Under the pieces are notes generated by a model. It was not told where the DNA came from. It did no database searches and saw only the letters and a program-made list of their open reading frames with translations. Source: Propionibacterium ruminifibrarum (GTDB lineage: Bacteria > Actinomycetota > Actinomycetes > Propionibacteriales > Propionibacteriaceae). Taken from it: a stretch of DNA of 32,000 nucleotides. Position numbers and translations under genes: made by a program. The stretch covers positions 337,099 through 369,098 of the forward strand of contig NZ_OMOH01000003.1 of NCBI RefSeq assembly GCF_900289195.1, read 5' to 3'. This document shows, piece after piece, positions 15,706-23,883 of this stretch; the first letter of the stretch is position 1; every line of letters starts with the position of its first letter.

Positions 15706-16563
15706 ATGAGTCACGGTCTCGTGAGCAGCCCCACCGAGTTCGCCAGTGCCTACATCTTCGACCTCGACGGCACGATCTACCTCGGCAGCCAGCTGCTGCC
15801 CGGTGCCAAACGCTTGATCGAGGAATTGCGCCGACGCCGGATCCCGGTCCGCTTCCTGTCGAACAATCCCACCAGGGATCCCGACATGTACGTGAAGAAG
15901 CTGACCGGTCTGGGGCTGCCCACGGGGCTCGACGACATCTGCAACACCGTCGTGACCACCGTCCGCTGGCTCAAGCAGAACCACCCGGACGCCGTCCTGT
16001 TCCCGATCGCCGAGGAGCCCCTGTGCCGCGCCCTCACCGAGGCCGGCTTCGAGTTGAGCGATGACCCGTCCCGGATCGACATCGTCATCGCCTCCTACGA
16101 CCGCACCTTCGATTACCACAAACTCCAGGTCGCCTTCGACGCCATCTGGTTCCACAAACGGGCCATCCTCGTGCAGACCAACCCCGACCGCTTCTGCCCC
16201 TTCCCCGGCGGGCGCGGCGAGCCCGACTGCGCGGCCATCACCGCCGCCATCGAGGCCTGCACCGGTACCACGTGCCAGGTGAACTTCGGCAAGCCCTCGC
16301 CCGTGATGCTCACCGAGGCCCTGTCCGGCCTGGACGTCGACGTGGCCGACTGCGTCATGGTCGGTGATCGCCTCCAGACCGACATCCAGATGGCGCTCGA
16401 CGCCGGGATGAAATCGGCGTGCGTGCTCACCGGCGAGGCATCGCCGGCCGACATCGCCGCCCTCGACGAGGCCCACAGGCCCACCTACGTTCTCGACCGC
16501 GTCGACCGCCTCATCCCTGCCCGGTACTGGGGTGAACTCGGCTGGTCGGAGGACGACCTCTGA
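15706..16563 (+). CDS. HAD-IIA family sugar phosphatase (NagD/AraL-like)
   Basis: ATG 15706 follows a GAAGGAAGAAGGG RBS. The track ORF from 15526 overlaps the upstream gene and is Arg/Ser/Pro-rich junk. Motif I YIFDLDGTIY, FLSNNPT, GKP, VGDRLQTDI (motif IV). Confidence 0.88.
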   Translation: MSHGLVSSPTEFASAYIFDLDGTIYLGSQLLPGAKRLIEELRRRRIPVRFLSNNPTRDPDMYVKKLTGLGLPTGLDDICNTVVTTVRWLKQNHPDAVLFPIAEEPLCRALTEAGFELSDDPSRIDIVIASYDRTFDYHKLQVAFDAIWFHKRAILVQTNPDRFCPFPGGRGEPDCAAITAAIEACTGTTCQVNFGKPSPVMLTEALSGLDVDVADCVMVGDRLQTDIQMALDAGMKSACVLTGEASPADIAALDEAHRPTYVLDRVDRLIPARYWGELGWSEDDL

Positions 16564-16622
16564 AAACCGCAGGCTCCCAACGGGGGAGCGCTGCAAGTCA
16601 ACGTGCTCAAAGGAGAGTTCCC

Positions 16623-18182
16623 ATGACCGACAACGGCCCTTACGTGCTGGGTATCGACTACGGCACCGAGTCCTGCCGCGTGGCCATCTGCGATCTGCAA
16701 GGCCGCCCGATCACCTTCGCCGCCACGCCCTACAAGACCACTCACCCGCACCCGGGCTGGGCGGAGCAGAACCCGGAGGACTGGTGGAAGGCATTGCAGG
16801 CCTCCACTCACAAGGCCCTCGAGAGCTCGGGTATCCCGGCTTCCGCCATCGCCGGCATCTCCTACGACGCCACGACCTTGACGATGGTCGCCCTGGACGC
16901 CAGGGGTGTGGAGCTCCGCCCGGCCATCATGTGGATGGACGTGCGCGCCACCGAGCAGGCCGAACGGGCGAACTCGTCCGGGTCAGTGGCCCGTCTCTAC
17001 AACGGAGGTGGCCATTCCCCGGCGACGGCCGAGTGGTACCCCTTCAAGGCCGCCTGGTTGCGCGAGAACGAGCCCGAGACCTATGCCAAGGCAGCGCACC
17101 TGGTCGACGCGCCCGACTGGGTGACCTACAAGCTGACCGGCGAGTGGACCACCAACATCAACTCGGCCGCCATCCGCATGTACCACAACCGTGACAAGGG
17201 CGGCTGGCCGAAGGACTTCTACGAGACCATCGGCTGCGGAGACGTCTTCGACAAGATCCCCGAACGCGTCCTCGACCTGGGCGCCCCGGTCGGTGAGCTC
17301 GGCACCATCGCCGCCCAGCTGCTCGGCCTGCGTCCCGGTATCCCGGTCGCCCAGGGCATGGCCGACGCGTGGGCGGGCCAGATCGGTCTGGGCGTCCTGC
17401 AGCCCGGGCAGATGGCTCTCATCACCGGCTCCTCCCACGTCCTCACGGGCCAGTCGGACAAGGAGATCCATGGCGAGGGCTTCTTCGGCGCCTACACGGA
17501 CGGCGTCATGCCCGGCCAGTACACGGTCGAGGGCTCGCAGGTGTCCACCGGCTCGGTGCTCAAGTGGTTCCGCGACAATTTCGCCCGTGACGTCATCCAG
17601 GCGGCTGAGCGCGTCGGCCTCAACCCCTACGACGTGCTCAACGAGCAGTCAAGGAGCATCCGGCCCGGTTCGGACGGGCTCATCATCAATGAGTACTTCC
17701 AGGGCAACCGCACGCCGTACACGGACTCGAAGGCCCGTGGCATCGTCTGGGGTCTGTCGCTGGCCCACACCCCGGCTCACGTCTATCACGCGATTCAGGA
17801 GTCGGTCTGCTACGGGAATGCGCACAACCTGCGCGCCATGAAGGCCGCCGGTTTCGAGGTCAGCCGCATGGTGGCCTGCGGTGGCGCGACCAAGAGCCGT
17901 GACTGGATGCAGATGCACGCGGACGTCTCGGGCGTGCCGATCGCCCTGACCGAGGTCGGGGACGCGGTGGTGCTCGGAACCTGCATGCTTGCCGCGGTGG
18001 GTGCGGGGCTGTACAAGGATCTTCCCGAGGCGGCCGCCTCGATGGTCCACGAGATCGACGTCCTGGAGCCCGACCCCGAGCTGCACGAGGAATACGCGTT
18101 CTACGTGGACGCCTACTGCGACACGTACCCCAAGTTGCGGTCGATGATCCATGACATGGTGGACCACGAGGCGCAAAGGTGA
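16623..18182 (+). CDS. FGGY-family carbohydrate kinase (pentulose/polyol kinase type, substrate unknown)
   Basis: AAGGAG RBS. YVLGIDYGTESCRVAI...GWAEQNPEDWW (FGGY N-terminal). C-terminal GGATKSRDWMQMHADVSGVPI. 519 aa. Confidence 0.88.
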   Translation: MTDNGPYVLGIDYGTESCRVAICDLQGRPITFAATPYKTTHPHPGWAEQNPEDWWKALQASTHKALESSGIPASAIAGISYDATTLTMVALDARGVELRPAIMWMDVRATEQAERANSSGSVARLYNGGGHSPATAEWYPFKAAWLRENEPETYAKAAHLVDAPDWVTYKLTGEWTTNINSAAIRMYHNRDKGGWPKDFYETIGCGDVFDKIPERVLDLGAPVGELGTIAAQLLGLRPGIPVAQGMADAWAGQIGLGVLQPGQMALITGSSHVLTGQSDKEIHGEGFFGAYTDGVMPGQYTVEGSQVSTGSVLKWFRDNFARDVIQAAERVGLNPYDVLNEQSRSIRPGSDGLIINEYFQGNRTPYTDSKARGIVWGLSLAHTPAHVYHAIQESVCYGNAHNLRAMKAAGFEVSRMVACGGATKSRDWMQMHADVSGVPIALTEVGDAVVLGTCMLAAVGAGLYKDLPEAAASMVHEIDVLEPDPELHEEYAFYVDAYCDTYPKLRSMIHDMVDHEAQR

Positions 18183-18204
18183 GGAGTCTGGAGAGAAAGG
18201 GACA

Positions 18205-19566
18205 ATGATGTCAGATCTGATCGAGCAGGCACTGGCGAGCGCCGACGACACCGACAGGGTCGTGATGGGCGATGGGGTGCTCGCGGCGACGGGCCCCATG
18301 TTCAGGGAACTCTTCGGTCAGGCCAGGGGTGTCATCATCGCCGATGAGAACACCTGGGCGGCGGCCGGTGAGCAGGTGAGCGCATCGCTCAAGGACGCAG
18401 GCGTCGAACTCGCCGAGCCGTACGTCTTCCCGGGCAGCCCCAGCGTCTACGCCAAGTACGAGAACGTCGAGTTGCTGCGGGAATTCCTCGCGCCACTCGA
18501 TGCGAATGCCGTCGTCGTCGGCTCGGGGACGCTCAACGACCTCGTGAAGAGGGCCAGTGACGAGCTGGGGCGGCGTTATCTCGTCGTGTGCACCGCGGCG
18601 TCGATGGACGGCTATGCGGCGTTCGGCGCCTCGCTGTCGGTCGACGGGTTCAAGACGACGTTGACCTGCCGCGCGCCCCAGGGCCTCGTCGTCGACCTGC
18701 CGACCCTGGCAGCGGCGCCTCAGCGCTGCACCGCCACCGGCGTCGGCGATCTCATCGAGAAGATCCCAGCCGGAGCGGACTGGATCCTCGCCGATGAACT
18801 GGGCATCGAACCCATCGACCAGGGCTCCTGGGACCTGGCCCAGGGACGGTTGGAGGCCGCCATCAGCGACCCCCAGGGTCTGGTCGACCGTGAACCCGGC
18901 GCCTTCGTCGCCCTTGCCGAGGGATTGGTGCTCTCGGGCCTGTCGATGCAGAGATACCGCATCAGCTCCCGCCCGGCCTCCGGAGCCGGCCACCTCTTCT
19001 CACACGTCTGGGAGATGGAGCATCTTGGCATGGACGAGGACCCGCCGCTGACCCACGGCTTCAAGGTGGGGCTGGGCACGCTGGCCACCCTTGCGCTGTG
19101 GCAGAACGCCGTCGACCTCGACGTCTCGAGCATCGACACCGAGGAAGTCGTCGCCCGGTGGCGCAGCCGCGAGGACACCGAGGCCTTCGTGCGTTCCTGG
19201 TTCACCGGGAACATGGTGGAGCCGGCCGTCAAGCAGACACTCGACAAGTACCTCACCGCTGACGAACTGCGCGGACGCATCGAGCTGATCAAGGACAGGT
19301 GGCCCACGATCACGGAGCGGACCCGGGCGCAGATCATCCCGCCGGAACGGGCCGAGGCGATTCTCAAGCAGGTGGGGGCCTACTGGCACCCGCAGCAGAT
19401 CGGCCTGAGCCGTCAGCGCTTCCGGGACACCTATCTGCGCTGCCGCATGATCCGCAGCCGTTACACCCTGCCCGATGCCCTGTTCGAGCTCGGCGTGCTC
19501 GATGAACAGGTCGACCGATTGTTTGCGCCCGATGGCTTCTGGGGGCGGCGTCCCTGGGCCGAGTGA
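18205..19566 (+). CDS. sn-glycerol-1-phosphate dehydrogenase-like (AraM/EgsA family, iron-containing ADH superfamily) polyol-phosphate dehydrogenase
   Basis: ATG 18205 follows GAGAGAAAGGG. VVVGSGTLNDLVK...VCTAASMDGYAAFGAS...DGFKTT...GVGDLIEK...GHLFSHVWEMEH resembles the G1PDH nucleotide and metal-binding motifs. The track start 18151 overlaps the kinase gene. Confidence 0.75.
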   Translation: MMSDLIEQALASADDTDRVVMGDGVLAATGPMFRELFGQARGVIIADENTWAAAGEQVSASLKDAGVELAEPYVFPGSPSVYAKYENVELLREFLAPLDANAVVVGSGTLNDLVKRASDELGRRYLVVCTAASMDGYAAFGASLSVDGFKTTLTCRAPQGLVVDLPTLAAAPQRCTATGVGDLIEKIPAGADWILADELGIEPIDQGSWDLAQGRLEAAISDPQGLVDREPGAFVALAEGLVLSGLSMQRYRISSRPASGAGHLFSHVWEMEHLGMDEDPPLTHGFKVGLGTLATLALWQNAVDLDVSSIDTEEVVARWRSREDTEAFVRSWFTGNMVEPAVKQTLDKYLTADELRGRIELIKDRWPTITERTRAQIIPPERAEAILKQVGAYWHPQQIGLSRQRFRDTYLRCRMIRSRYTLPDALFELGVLDEQVDRLFAPDGFWGRRPWAE

Positions 19567-19685
19567 CTGGCACGCCGGGTGCCGGGCACGTCATCGGCGG
19601 GCCGGAGGGTCGATCCGCCCGGCCCGGTACCCGGATGACCGAGCAGCTCGGCAACCCTGCCCCTGTTTCTCGACGAGGAGGAAAC

Positions 19686-21353
19686 ATGACTGAGAAATAT
19701 GTAGTGGGACTGGATTTCGGTACCCTGTCCGGCCGAGCCGCCGTGGTTCGCGTCAGTGACGGTGAGATGGTCGGCACGGCGGTCTGCGAGTACCCGCATG
19801 CCGTGATGGACACGAGACTGACCGCGGCGAACGGGCAGGAACTGCCACCAGACTTCGCGCTGCAGGACCCGAGCGACTACCTCACCGCACTCTACGAGAC
19901 GGTCCCCGCGGCCGTGGCCGACTCGGGCGTCGAACCGGCCGACATCATCGGCGTGGGCCTGGACTTCACCTCGGCGACCGTCGTGGCAGCCACCGCCGAG
20001 GGCACCCCGGTGTGCGAGCTGCCGCAGTTCGCGGACAACCCGCACGCCTGGGTGAAGCTGTGGAAGCACCATGGTGCCGTCGAGCAGGCCCGGCGCATCG
20101 TCGATGTCGCCACTGAGCGAGGCGAGGAGTGGCTGAGCCGCTATGGCGGCGTGCTCAACTCCGAGATGCTGCTGCCCAAGGTCGCCGAGACCCTGGAGTG
20201 TGCTCCCGAGGTCTATGCGGCCACGGACGTCTTCTGCGAGGCCATGGACTGGCTCACCTGGCACCTGACCGGCCGGTTGACCTTCTCAGCGGGCTCGTCC
20301 GGCTACAAACGCATCCTCCAGGACGGCCGGTACCCGTCCAGGGACTTCCTGCGCCAGGTGAACCCGGGTCTGGAGAACGTCTACGACGAGAAGATGAACG
20401 CACCGGTCCTGCCCCTCGGCCACAACGTCGGTGGCCTGCTGCCGGAGGTGGCGTCCAGACTCGGGTTGCCGGCCGGCATCGCAGTGGCCAGCGGGAACAT
20501 CGACGCCCATGTCACCGGCCCGGCGGTGCAGGGCGTCGAGGACGGTGTCATGACGGCCATCATGGGAACGTCGGTCTGCTACCTGCTCTCATGGCCGACA
20601 CCTGCTCCGGTAGCCGGCATCTTCGGGATCGTCGATGGGGGGATCGTCGACGGCTCCTGGGGTTTCGAGGCGGGCCAGACCGCAGCCGGCGACATCTTCG
20701 CCTGGTTCGTCGACACCTGCGTCCCCGCCCGGTACCAGGCCGAGGCCGACGAGCTGGGCATCCCGGTGCACGAACTGCTCACCCGCAAGTGCGAGCATCA
20801 GCCGGTCGGCGCCCACGGACTGGTGGCCTTGGACTGGCACAACGGCAACCGCTCAACCCTCATGGACGCACAGTTGTCCGGCCTCATGCTGGGCACGAGT
20901 CTCACCACGACGCCCGAGGACCAGTATCGAGCCCTGCTCGAGTCCTGCGCCTTCGGGGCCAGGACGATCATCGAGGCCTTCGTCTCGGCGGGGATCGACA
21001 TCGAAGAACTCGTCGTGGCCGGCGGCCTGACCAGGAACCGCCTGTTCATGCAGATCCTTGCCGACGTCTGCCGTCGTCCCCTCTCGGTCGGTACCGCCGA
21101 GCAGCCCGGCGCCCTCGGCTCGGCCATCTTCGCCACCGTCGCGGCAGGGGAGTATCCCGATGTCAAGGCTGCTTCGGCTGCCATGGGGGCGAAGAAGGAG
21201 GGCGTCTACCTGCCCGACGAGGCCCGCGCGGATCAGTATGACCTGCTGTATGCGGAGTACAGCAGGCTGTACGACTACTTCGGCCGAGGCGGCAACGAGG
21301 TCATGCACCGGTTGAAGAGCCTCCGGGCGCAGGCCCGGGCAGCTTCTGCATAG
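19686..21353 (+). CDS. araB: L-ribulokinase (FGGY family, AraB type)
   Basis: GAGGAGG RBS before ATG 19686. YVVGLDFGTLSGRAAVVRVSDGEMVGTAVCEYPHAVMD...LPPDFALQDPSDY is the characteristic AraB N-terminus. C-terminal GGLTRNRLFMQILADV. The track start 19563 is an upstream extension without coding character. Confidence 0.88.
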   Translation: MTEKYVVGLDFGTLSGRAAVVRVSDGEMVGTAVCEYPHAVMDTRLTAANGQELPPDFALQDPSDYLTALYETVPAAVADSGVEPADIIGVGLDFTSATVVAATAEGTPVCELPQFADNPHAWVKLWKHHGAVEQARRIVDVATERGEEWLSRYGGVLNSEMLLPKVAETLECAPEVYAATDVFCEAMDWLTWHLTGRLTFSAGSSGYKRILQDGRYPSRDFLRQVNPGLENVYDEKMNAPVLPLGHNVGGLLPEVASRLGLPAGIAVASGNIDAHVTGPAVQGVEDGVMTAIMGTSVCYLLSWPTPAPVAGIFGIVDGGIVDGSWGFEAGQTAAGDIFAWFVDTCVPARYQAEADELGIPVHELLTRKCEHQPVGAHGLVALDWHNGNRSTLMDAQLSGLMLGTSLTTTPEDQYRALLESCAFGARTIIEAFVSAGIDIEELVVAGGLTRNRLFMQILADVCRRPLSVGTAEQPGALGSAIFATVAAGEYPDVKAASAAMGAKKEGVYLPDEARADQYDLLYAEYSRLYDYFGRGGNEVMHRLKSLRAQARAASA

Positions 21354-21395
21354 TGATCTGACTGGCCTGCGCAGCAGCGGCCAGAGCGCGAGGCA

Positions 21396-21426
21396 CTGGG
21401 CCCCCGTCATCAAGGCGGGGGCCCAG
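21396..21426 (+). terminator. hairpin terminator after araB
   Basis: CTGGGCCCCCG (21396-21406), loop TCATCAAGG, CGGGGGCCCAG (21416-21426). Perfect 11-bp stem, 43 nt after stop 21353. Confidence 0.55.
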
Positions 21427-21543
21427 CCATGTCGTTGAGCAGCGCACTGTCGATGGACTCTGAAGCTCCGGCCGGTCCTGTACCGCTGCCACTGAACGAA
21501 GAACTGAGCCGGTGCCATGGCGATCTGGGCTCGCCGGAAGCTA

Positions 21544-21571
21544 TGGACAAATAGAATATATGATCTATGAT
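21544..21571 (+). promoter_or_regulatory. sigma-A type promoter candidate containing tandem TATGAT hexamers
   Basis: -35 TGGACA (21544-21549), 16-nt spacer, -10 TATGAT (21566-21571). The sequence TATGAT-C-TATGAT is repeated exactly at 7283-7295. Lies 47 nt upstream of ATG 21618. Confidence 0.45.
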
Positions 21572-21656
21572 CGTCTCATGACGTCCGACCAACGGTGATC
21601 GGACGGGAGAGGACCAGATGTACACGGCTGATGCATGGCCCATCGCCTGCAAGATG
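21557..21656 (+). repeat. copy B of duplicated promoter / 5'UTR / first-13-codon segment (copy A at 7281-7377)
   Basis: See copy A. Same block order, with indels between the blocks. Confidence 0.8.
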
Positions 21657-22553
21657 AACTTCGGACCACTCGCCGAGGACGGCACCCCCATCGCGGAGGC
21701 CCCGCTGGAGATCTGGCGGGATCAGCTCCTCCAAGTCGCCGAACTGGGGTTCAAGCACTTCGACCCCATGGACGACTGGATCCCCCTCGCCGACATCAGC
21801 GAGGAACGGTTCGCACAGTTCCAAGTGCTGCTCGACGAGACCGGCCTGGCCTGCCCGGCCATGTCGATCGGGCGGAACAGCGTCATCGATGCGGACAGGG
21901 GTGATGAGAACCTCGCGCTCGTGCACCGCACCATCGACAGGGCCTCGGCGCTCGGCGCCACCATCGTCAACATCGGCTTCCAGCAGGAGCTCACGGAGCC
22001 CCAGAAGGAGGCGTTGTGGTTCTGGCTGGCTGACGGGCACCACGATGACCCGGGGTTGTATGACCTCGCAGTGGAGCGGGTCAGGGAACTCGCTGACCAC
22101 GCCCAGCGTCTGGGCCTGCAGATCAGTCTGGAGATGTACGAGGACACGTTCATCGGCACCGTCGACGGTGCTCTGCAGTTCCACCATGACGTTGATCATC
22201 CTGCTGTCGGGATCAACCCCGACCTGGGAAACCTGATCAGGTTGCACCGGCCCATGCCGAAGGGTGAGGAGATGTACGAGAGACTTCTTCCGCTCTCGAA
22301 CTACTGGCACATCAAGAGCTACATCCGCGACGAGGATGACGTCACCGGTGCGTACATGTCAGCGCCCGTGCCGCTCAAGTACGGCGTCGTGAATTACCGA
22401 GCGGTGATCAGACGGGCAATCCAAGTGGGATATGACGGCCCCTTCATGACCGAACACTATGGCTCGGATTGGCTTGGGGTGGGCGCCGAGAACGCTGAAT
22501 ACATCAGGCAGGTCTTGAGGGGAGCCTTGCGCTCTTTCGGGCGTGACAAGTAG
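21618..22553 (+). CDS. sugar-phosphate isomerase/epimerase, xylose-isomerase-like TIM barrel (UlaE/SgbU/EryC-type fold)
   Basis: E-D-H-E ligand pattern: SLEMYED, GINPDLGN, YWHIKS, MTEHYG. 311 aa. Confidence 0.78.
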   Translation: MYTADAWPIACKMNFGPLAEDGTPIAEAPLEIWRDQLLQVAELGFKHFDPMDDWIPLADISEERFAQFQVLLDETGLACPAMSIGRNSVIDADRGDENLALVHRTIDRASALGATIVNIGFQQELTEPQKEALWFWLADGHHDDPGLYDLAVERVRELADHAQRLGLQISLEMYEDTFIGTVDGALQFHHDVDHPAVGINPDLGNLIRLHRPMPKGEEMYERLLPLSNYWHIKSYIRDEDDVTGAYMSAPVPLKYGVVNYRAVIRRAIQVGYDGPFMTEHYGSDWLGVGAENAEYIRQVLRGALRSFGRDK

Positions 22554-22801
22554 TTTCCATGAGGAATCTTTGCTGGGGTTCGATCGCGAGGCAACCCGGG
22601 TGGAGACGGGTTGAGGGGGAAGATCCATGAACGGGTGGCTGGCCTGACGCGCCGTTGGATTCTTGTCGGCAAGCCATCTTGGGTCTGGAGGGCGACGATG
22701 CCCACCAATTGAGTGATTGTGGCCGATGGTCACGGTGTGAAATCTTGGCGTGAGCCTTGGGTTGTGCCTCATTCGTGGGACGCAACAACTTCTATCGCTG
22801 T

Positions 22802-22820
22802 GGGCGCAGTTTTTGCGCCC
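22802..22820 (+). terminator. terminator-like hairpin 250 nt downstream of the isomerase gene
   Basis: GGGCGCA (22802-22808), loop GTTTT, TGCGCCC (22814-22820), followed by the T-rich ATTTCCCCTGTTGATTCTGTT. Confidence 0.45.
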
Positions 22821-22870
22821 ATTTCCCCTGTTGATTCTGTTCGTTCAAGTATGCAAACAAGGAGTTTTCG

Positions 22871-23878
22871 GTGAAGACAATCAATAGTGTAACCGTTGTC
22901 GGCGCAGGGTACATGGGCGGTGGCATCGCTCAGAGCTTGGCCCTGGCCGGTATGAAAGTCACTGTCGTCGACGGTGACCCCGAACTGACGAAGAAGCAGT
23001 TCGCCCGGCTGCTCTCCGAGGCTCAGGATTTTGAGGATCAAGGGCTCTACAAGCCGGGGAGTGTCGAAATCATCAAGGCGAATCTCGTCTGCGGCACAAC
23101 CATTGAGGAGGCGGTCGGTGACGCGGATTTCATCGAGGAGGCAGTTTTCGAGAGGCCGGATGTCAAGATGCCCGTTCTTGAACGGATCTCGACACATGCT
23201 CGTCCTGATGCCATCATCGGAACGAACACGTCGACCATTCCAGTGCACGTTCTGGCGCCGGCGGTTGACCATCCTGAACGGTTCATGACGGTGCACTTCT
23301 CCAACCCGGCGCCGTTCATTCCAGGGGTGGAGTTGGTCGTGGGTGAGGCGACGACCCCTGAGACCGTCGCCCTCGTCAAGGATGTGCTGAAGCGCTGTGG
23401 GCGGCAAGGGGCCCAAGTCGCCGACCGTCCCGGAATGGTCCTGAACCGTCTGCAATACGCCCTGCTCAAGGAGGCGACTGCGTGCGTCGAAGAAGGCGTT
23501 GCGACGCCCGAGGACGTTGATGTCATCGTACGGACAACCTTTGGCTTCCGCTTGGGCTTCTTCGGCCCCTTTGCCATTGCTGACCAGGCTGGTTTGGATG
23601 TCTATGCCAACTGCTTCAAGACCTTCGAGGAAGCCTATGGGTCCCGGCTTGCCACCCCGAAGATGCTCTCCGATGCGGTCGCTGCCGGCCGCCTGGGCGT
23701 CAAGAACGGCAAGGGAATCACCGGAGACTTCGATGACGAGACCAAGACAGCCCTGATCGCCTATCGCAACAAGGCGTACGCGCGCATGTCGGAGCTTCTC
23801 GCCGAACTCGGCCCCGCTCCCGAGGGAGTCAAGGTCGACGATCGGGATCAGTTCGAGGCGTTACATCCTCAGGAGTGA
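22871..23878 (+). CDS. 3-hydroxyacyl-CoA dehydrogenase family oxidoreductase (L-gulonate 3-dehydrogenase-like candidate)
   Basis: AAGGAG RBS before GTG 22871. Rossmann motif VTVVGAGYMGGGIAQ. HFSNPAP...PG.V.NR pattern of the HADH family. C-terminal dimerisation domain present. The stop overlaps the MFS start region. Confidence 0.8.
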   Translation: MKTINSVTVVGAGYMGGGIAQSLALAGMKVTVVDGDPELTKKQFARLLSEAQDFEDQGLYKPGSVEIIKANLVCGTTIEEAVGDADFIEEAVFERPDVKMPVLERISTHARPDAIIGTNTSTIPVHVLAPAVDHPERFMTVHFSNPAPFIPGVELVVGEATTPETVALVKDVLKRCGRQGAQVADRPGMVLNRLQYALLKEATACVEEGVATPEDVDVIVRTTFGFRLGFFGPFAIADQAGLDVYANCFKTFEEAYGSRLATPKMLSDAVAAGRLGVKNGKGITGDFDDETKTALIAYRNKAYARMSELLAELGPAPEGVKVDDRDQFEALHPQE

Positions 23879-23883
23879 TGATC

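Noticed and set aside
19567-19685. GC hairpin CGGGCCGG...CCGGCCCG (19598-19626) between the G1PDH-like gene and araB, considered as an internal terminator.
   Set aside because: It is only 8 bp with a 13-nt loop and no U-tract, in very GC-rich sequence where such pairings arise by chance. araB has its own strong RBS and is probably co-transcribed.
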